This document shows positions 52,918 to 55,443 of a DNA stretch of 55,443 nucleotides, piece by piece. The translations under genes and the position numbers were made by a program. The notes beneath the pieces were generated by a model that was not told the origin of the DNA, did no database searches, and saw only the letters and a list, made by a program, of their open reading frames with translations. This DNA comes from a virus (Duplodnaviria > Caudoviricetes), in the IMG/VR virus record IMGVR_UViG_3300023202_000273, positions 1 to 55,443 of that record, one strand, 5' to 3'. How positions within the stretch are numbered: position 1 is the first letter of the stretch; every line of letters begins with the position of its first letter.

Positions 52918-53678
52918 GTTTTCCTCCCGTCGAGTGATTTTACGTATTTAAAGTAAGTGTCCTGGTCAAACTCAACTGTGTCAAGGTCTTTTATGGATTT
53001 TACATCTACGCGATATTTGGTGTATGCCCCACCCCGGTGGTAGCATGTGGTCCTGCCCCCCGAGTTAACCGCTCCGGAATGCGGGATATTGTACTTCTGG
53101 CACCTTGAATGCCACAGCGGATAACAGTCATCGAGAAAGCGCCCGGAGCAGAGGGGGATACGAACCTTGTTTACCTGCTTAATGCCCGGCCACTCAACCA
53201 TTCGAAAGTTATGATCATGTGGCTCAAGGTAATCTGCATCGACCCCGTTTAGATAAAACCTCTCGGGCACGCCTGTCCCCTCCATCTCCTGCGCCCGATC
53301 GTGTCCCCAGAAATAGATCCCACGGCACTCCACCATGAACAGGACACAAACATGAAGGTGCTTGCCGTCCCATCGGTTCGGGTTGAACCCGGCATATACC
53401 GGCAGGCCGTCGGTGTCACTCAAGATGCATTTGCTGAGGTGATACCCCTTGCGCTTAAACGCCGCTTCTATGGGTGCAATGTCAGACCCGTAGTAGGTGC
53501 AAACGTCAATATCTCCATCTGGTATGGTGCCTTCGTTGCGGATCAGCCCGTACAGCGCCCCGAATGCCAAAAAATACCGGTCTTTGAAAACATCGTTCAA
53601 TACCCGTATCATCGTGTCGATCGCTGGCCCCGGTGCTATGGCTCTATCCATCTGCCCTCCCGGATGCAACGTTCCCAA
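52914..53678 (-). CDS. licD: LicD-family nucleotidyl/phosphotransferase
   Basis: YFLAFGALYGLIR...IPDGDIDV. The true start is probably MDRAI. Confidence 0.75.
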   Translation of the reverse strand: MGTLHPGGQMDRAIAPGPAIDTMIRVLNDVFKDRYFLAFGALYGLIRNEGTIPDGDIDVCTYYGSDIAPIEAAFKRKGYHLSKCILSDTDGLPVYAGFNPNRWDGKHLHVCVLFMVECRGIYFWGHDRAQEMEGTGVPERFYLNGVDADYLEPHDHNFRMVEWPGIKQVNKVRIPLCSGRFLDDCYPLWHSRCQKYNIPHSGAVNSGGRTTCYHRGGAYTKYRVDVKSIKDLDTVEFDQDTYFKYVKSLDGRKT

Positions 53679-54409
53679 AAGTTTATATCCAACAGATCCA
53701 TTTTGTTTCTTCTCGCGAGCAAACGGCGCCTGCCGTCAGCGAGGTACTGCGGTGACACCTCATCCCATTCGTCTACGATCAGGATCGGCAGATACTTCTC
53801 GAAAAACTCCATCGCCGGCGACCTATGTACTACCGGTATCGTACCGCAATACAGCGCCTCCCATGTCCTGATGCAATCCAAGCCATTGCCCGGTGGCGAT
53901 ATCACAAACTGGTGGCGGCTCATCCGCTTGATGTATTCAGGAAACGATATCCTTGTACCCATCTGGTCAGTGATAAATGGTTTCCCCTTGAGGGCATTGT
54001 AGCACGACATGCGCATGGTCGGGTTGGTCGCGGTCGAAAAATTCATGTAGCACTTGGTGATCTTTGCCACACGGCTATACGCATGCTCAACGATCACTGA
54101 TATATCGCCGCACGTCCCGACCCCTGGAGGCTCTATGCCAATGGGCAGATGTATAACTCCACCAGATCCGTTTTGGGCGAACCACGCCCGGACGTTGGTG
54201 GGCGGGTTGACAAGCACTGAATGATCGGAATTGTGAGTAATCACGGTATGGGTATACGGCGACTGCTCAATGGCCTGTGCCATCTTTTCGTAGTCATGGG
54301 CGTGTGCGTAAACGATGCCATCCCCGGATATCACATCCCCCGCCGAGATATTATAGTCGGCCATCTGAATCAATTTGTGCCCGTGGAAATAATCCCGCTT
54401 TAAATTCAT
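53636..54409 (-). CDS. GT47/exostosin-like glycosyltransferase
   Basis: ITHNSD, WFAQN, LPIG and FVISPPGNGLDCIRTWEALYCGTIPVV. Confidence 0.85.
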   Translation of the reverse strand: MNLKRDYFHGHKLIQMADYNISAGDVISGDGIVYAHAHDYEKMAQAIEQSPYTHTVITHNSDHSVLVNPPTNVRAWFAQNGSGGVIHLPIGIEPPGVGTCGDISVIVEHAYSRVAKITKCYMNFSTATNPTMRMSCYNALKGKPFITDQMGTRISFPEYIKRMSRHQFVISPPGNGLDCIRTWEALYCGTIPVVHRSPAMEFFEKYLPILIVDEWDEVSPQYLADGRRRLLARRNKMDLLDINFWERCIREGRWIEP

Positions 54410-54948
54410 ATCCCGGGCTCCGTATGCTCATTGGTATACTCCTTGTGGGCGAGGTTTTGCACCTGCGTGTTGGCAAACGGTATGCTCGGCAGATTCATGC
54501 CCGGGCCAACGATGACAGCGGTCCACGGCTCAAACTCCGTGACATCGTACCATATCCACCCCAGAGGCAGCACAATGCGATCCCATCGATATACAAGCGC
54601 CTCAGTGTCATGGGCGACAATCAACTTCGTGTGATAGAACGCCCTTTTTACCTGTTTCCACCGGCTGCGTCCATCGCCATCCACAAACACCATGTCCCAT
54701 TTGCCATGCAGCGAGTCTATTGCCCGGTCAGGCCCTCCCATATAGGCCATCTCAGCACGCCTGCCGTACTCCTTGGCCATTTTGGTATACCAACGCCGGT
54801 TCTGCATTTCGATGGACTGCACGCGGTCACAGCGGTCAACAAACAGCCGTGTGCTGTAGTCTCCCATGCCGAATTCGAAAACGCTCTGCACGTCGTAGTG
54901 CCCCAGCGCCCAATCGACGACAGGCATGTGGGTCGAGTATGGATTCAT
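54406..54948 (-). CDS. Class I SAM methyltransferase (glycan-associated)
   Basis: VFEFGMGDYST, DMVFVDG and IVAHDTE. Confidence 0.75.
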   Translation of the reverse strand: MNPYSTHMPVVDWALGHYDVQSVFEFGMGDYSTRLFVDRCDRVQSIEMQNRRWYTKMAKEYGRRAEMAYMGGPDRAIDSLHGKWDMVFVDGDGRSRWKQVKRAFYHTKLIVAHDTEALVYRWDRIVLPLGWIWYDVTEFEPWTAVIVGPGMNLPSIPFANTQVQNLAHKEYTNEHTEPGI

Positions 54949-55424
54949 AGGAACGCCGCCAATCTTTTGCTGTGAATATGCATGTTGACCAGCGGGTATT
55001 TGATCTCCCCCTGCTTAACGTACCACGGAGTGACATGTATCTGCCTTTTTTGGATCATGCGGTGTATCTCATGGTGGACGGTGTCGAGAAACCCTGGGTT
55101 TGGATCGCTCGGTGTGCCGCCCAGATACTGTCCGTACGATGCTGGATCAAATACGTATTGCGCCTGACCCGGTAGCGTAGGAAGATATTTTTTGCGGGAC
55201 ATCGTGGACACCACCGTCATCTCACTGGGGTGGCGCATCCGCTCCGCCCGAGCATCTGCCTCCGCTGTAAAGTCACGCATCGAGCCATAATCGCTGATGT
55301 ACATGATGCCGAGCGAGTCGTACGTCTCCGCAACCCCCAGCATCTCATTGTACCGATAGTACGGCAGGTTGCGCTGCGGTTCCCCGTGGTGCCACACCGG
55401 GCTGTGTCCATCAAAAAAACTCAT
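54945..55424 (-). CDS. 3' part of the origin-spanning glycosyltransferase-like gene (joins 1-408)
   Basis: In frame with 1-408 across the circular join; FDPASYGQYLGG...NMHIHSK C-terminus. Confidence 0.65.
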   Translation of the reverse strand: MSFFDGHSPVWHHGEPQRNLPYYRYNEMLGVAETYDSLGIMYISDYGSMRDFTAEADARAERMRHPSEMTVVSTMSRKKYLPTLPGQAQYVFDPASYGQYLGGTPSDPNPGFLDTVHHEIHRMIQKRQIHVTPWYVKQGEIKYPLVNMHIHSKRLAAFL

Positions 55425-55443
55425 CGGCCTGTTGATGATCGTG
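55317..55443. repeat. Terminal 127-bp direct repeat, right copy
   Basis: Identical to 1-127. Confidence 0.95.

Noticed and set aside
19268-55175. Many + strand ORFs opposite the structural and glycan genes
   Set aside because: They are antisense shadows of long - strand genes, with no recognisable motifs.
55317-55443. Biological direct terminal repeat
   Set aside because: It is exactly 127 bp and falls in the middle of a gene, so a k-mer overlap of a circular assembly explains it better.
1-55443. Integrase, tRNA genes or a recoded genetic code
   Set aside because: I recognised no tyrosine or serine recombinase motifs and no cloverleaf by eye. Core genes are intact under the standard code. 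HMM and tRNAscan runs are still needed to confirm the absences.

Overview
This window is an apparently complete circular genome of a tailed dsDNA phage, probably podovirus-like. It has 55,316 unique bp, because bases 55317-55443 repeat bases 1-127 (a typical k=127 assembly overlap). Most genes lie on the - strand: a glycan-modification cluster (LicD, GT47/exostosin-like, methyltransferase, DUF6492-like, GT11, GT2-like, GNAT), an M15 endolysin, terminase, SSB, NinG, primase-helicase, a DUF4373 initiator and the structural operon. The structural operon ends in a 3486-aa polyvalent protein that contains a GGDEF domain. A + strand early operon (14.6-19.3 kb) encodes DUF932, a PD-(D/E)XK nuclease and a NinB-like protein. 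The most unusual signal is two AT-rich arrays of small genes (about 1317-2990 on -, about 18015-19083 on +) organised like integron cassettes. Both start at the same 18-bp motif, TTCGTGATGYGTACGTTG, and are punctuated by attC-like hairpins (AAC-stem...stem-N4/5-GTT). Nested inside them is a second class of unit bounded by ATTATAG+stem ... stem'+N4+ATWAT, whose stems covary from unit to unit. I found no integrase in the genome. All protein family calls come from motifs recognised by eye; no searches were run.
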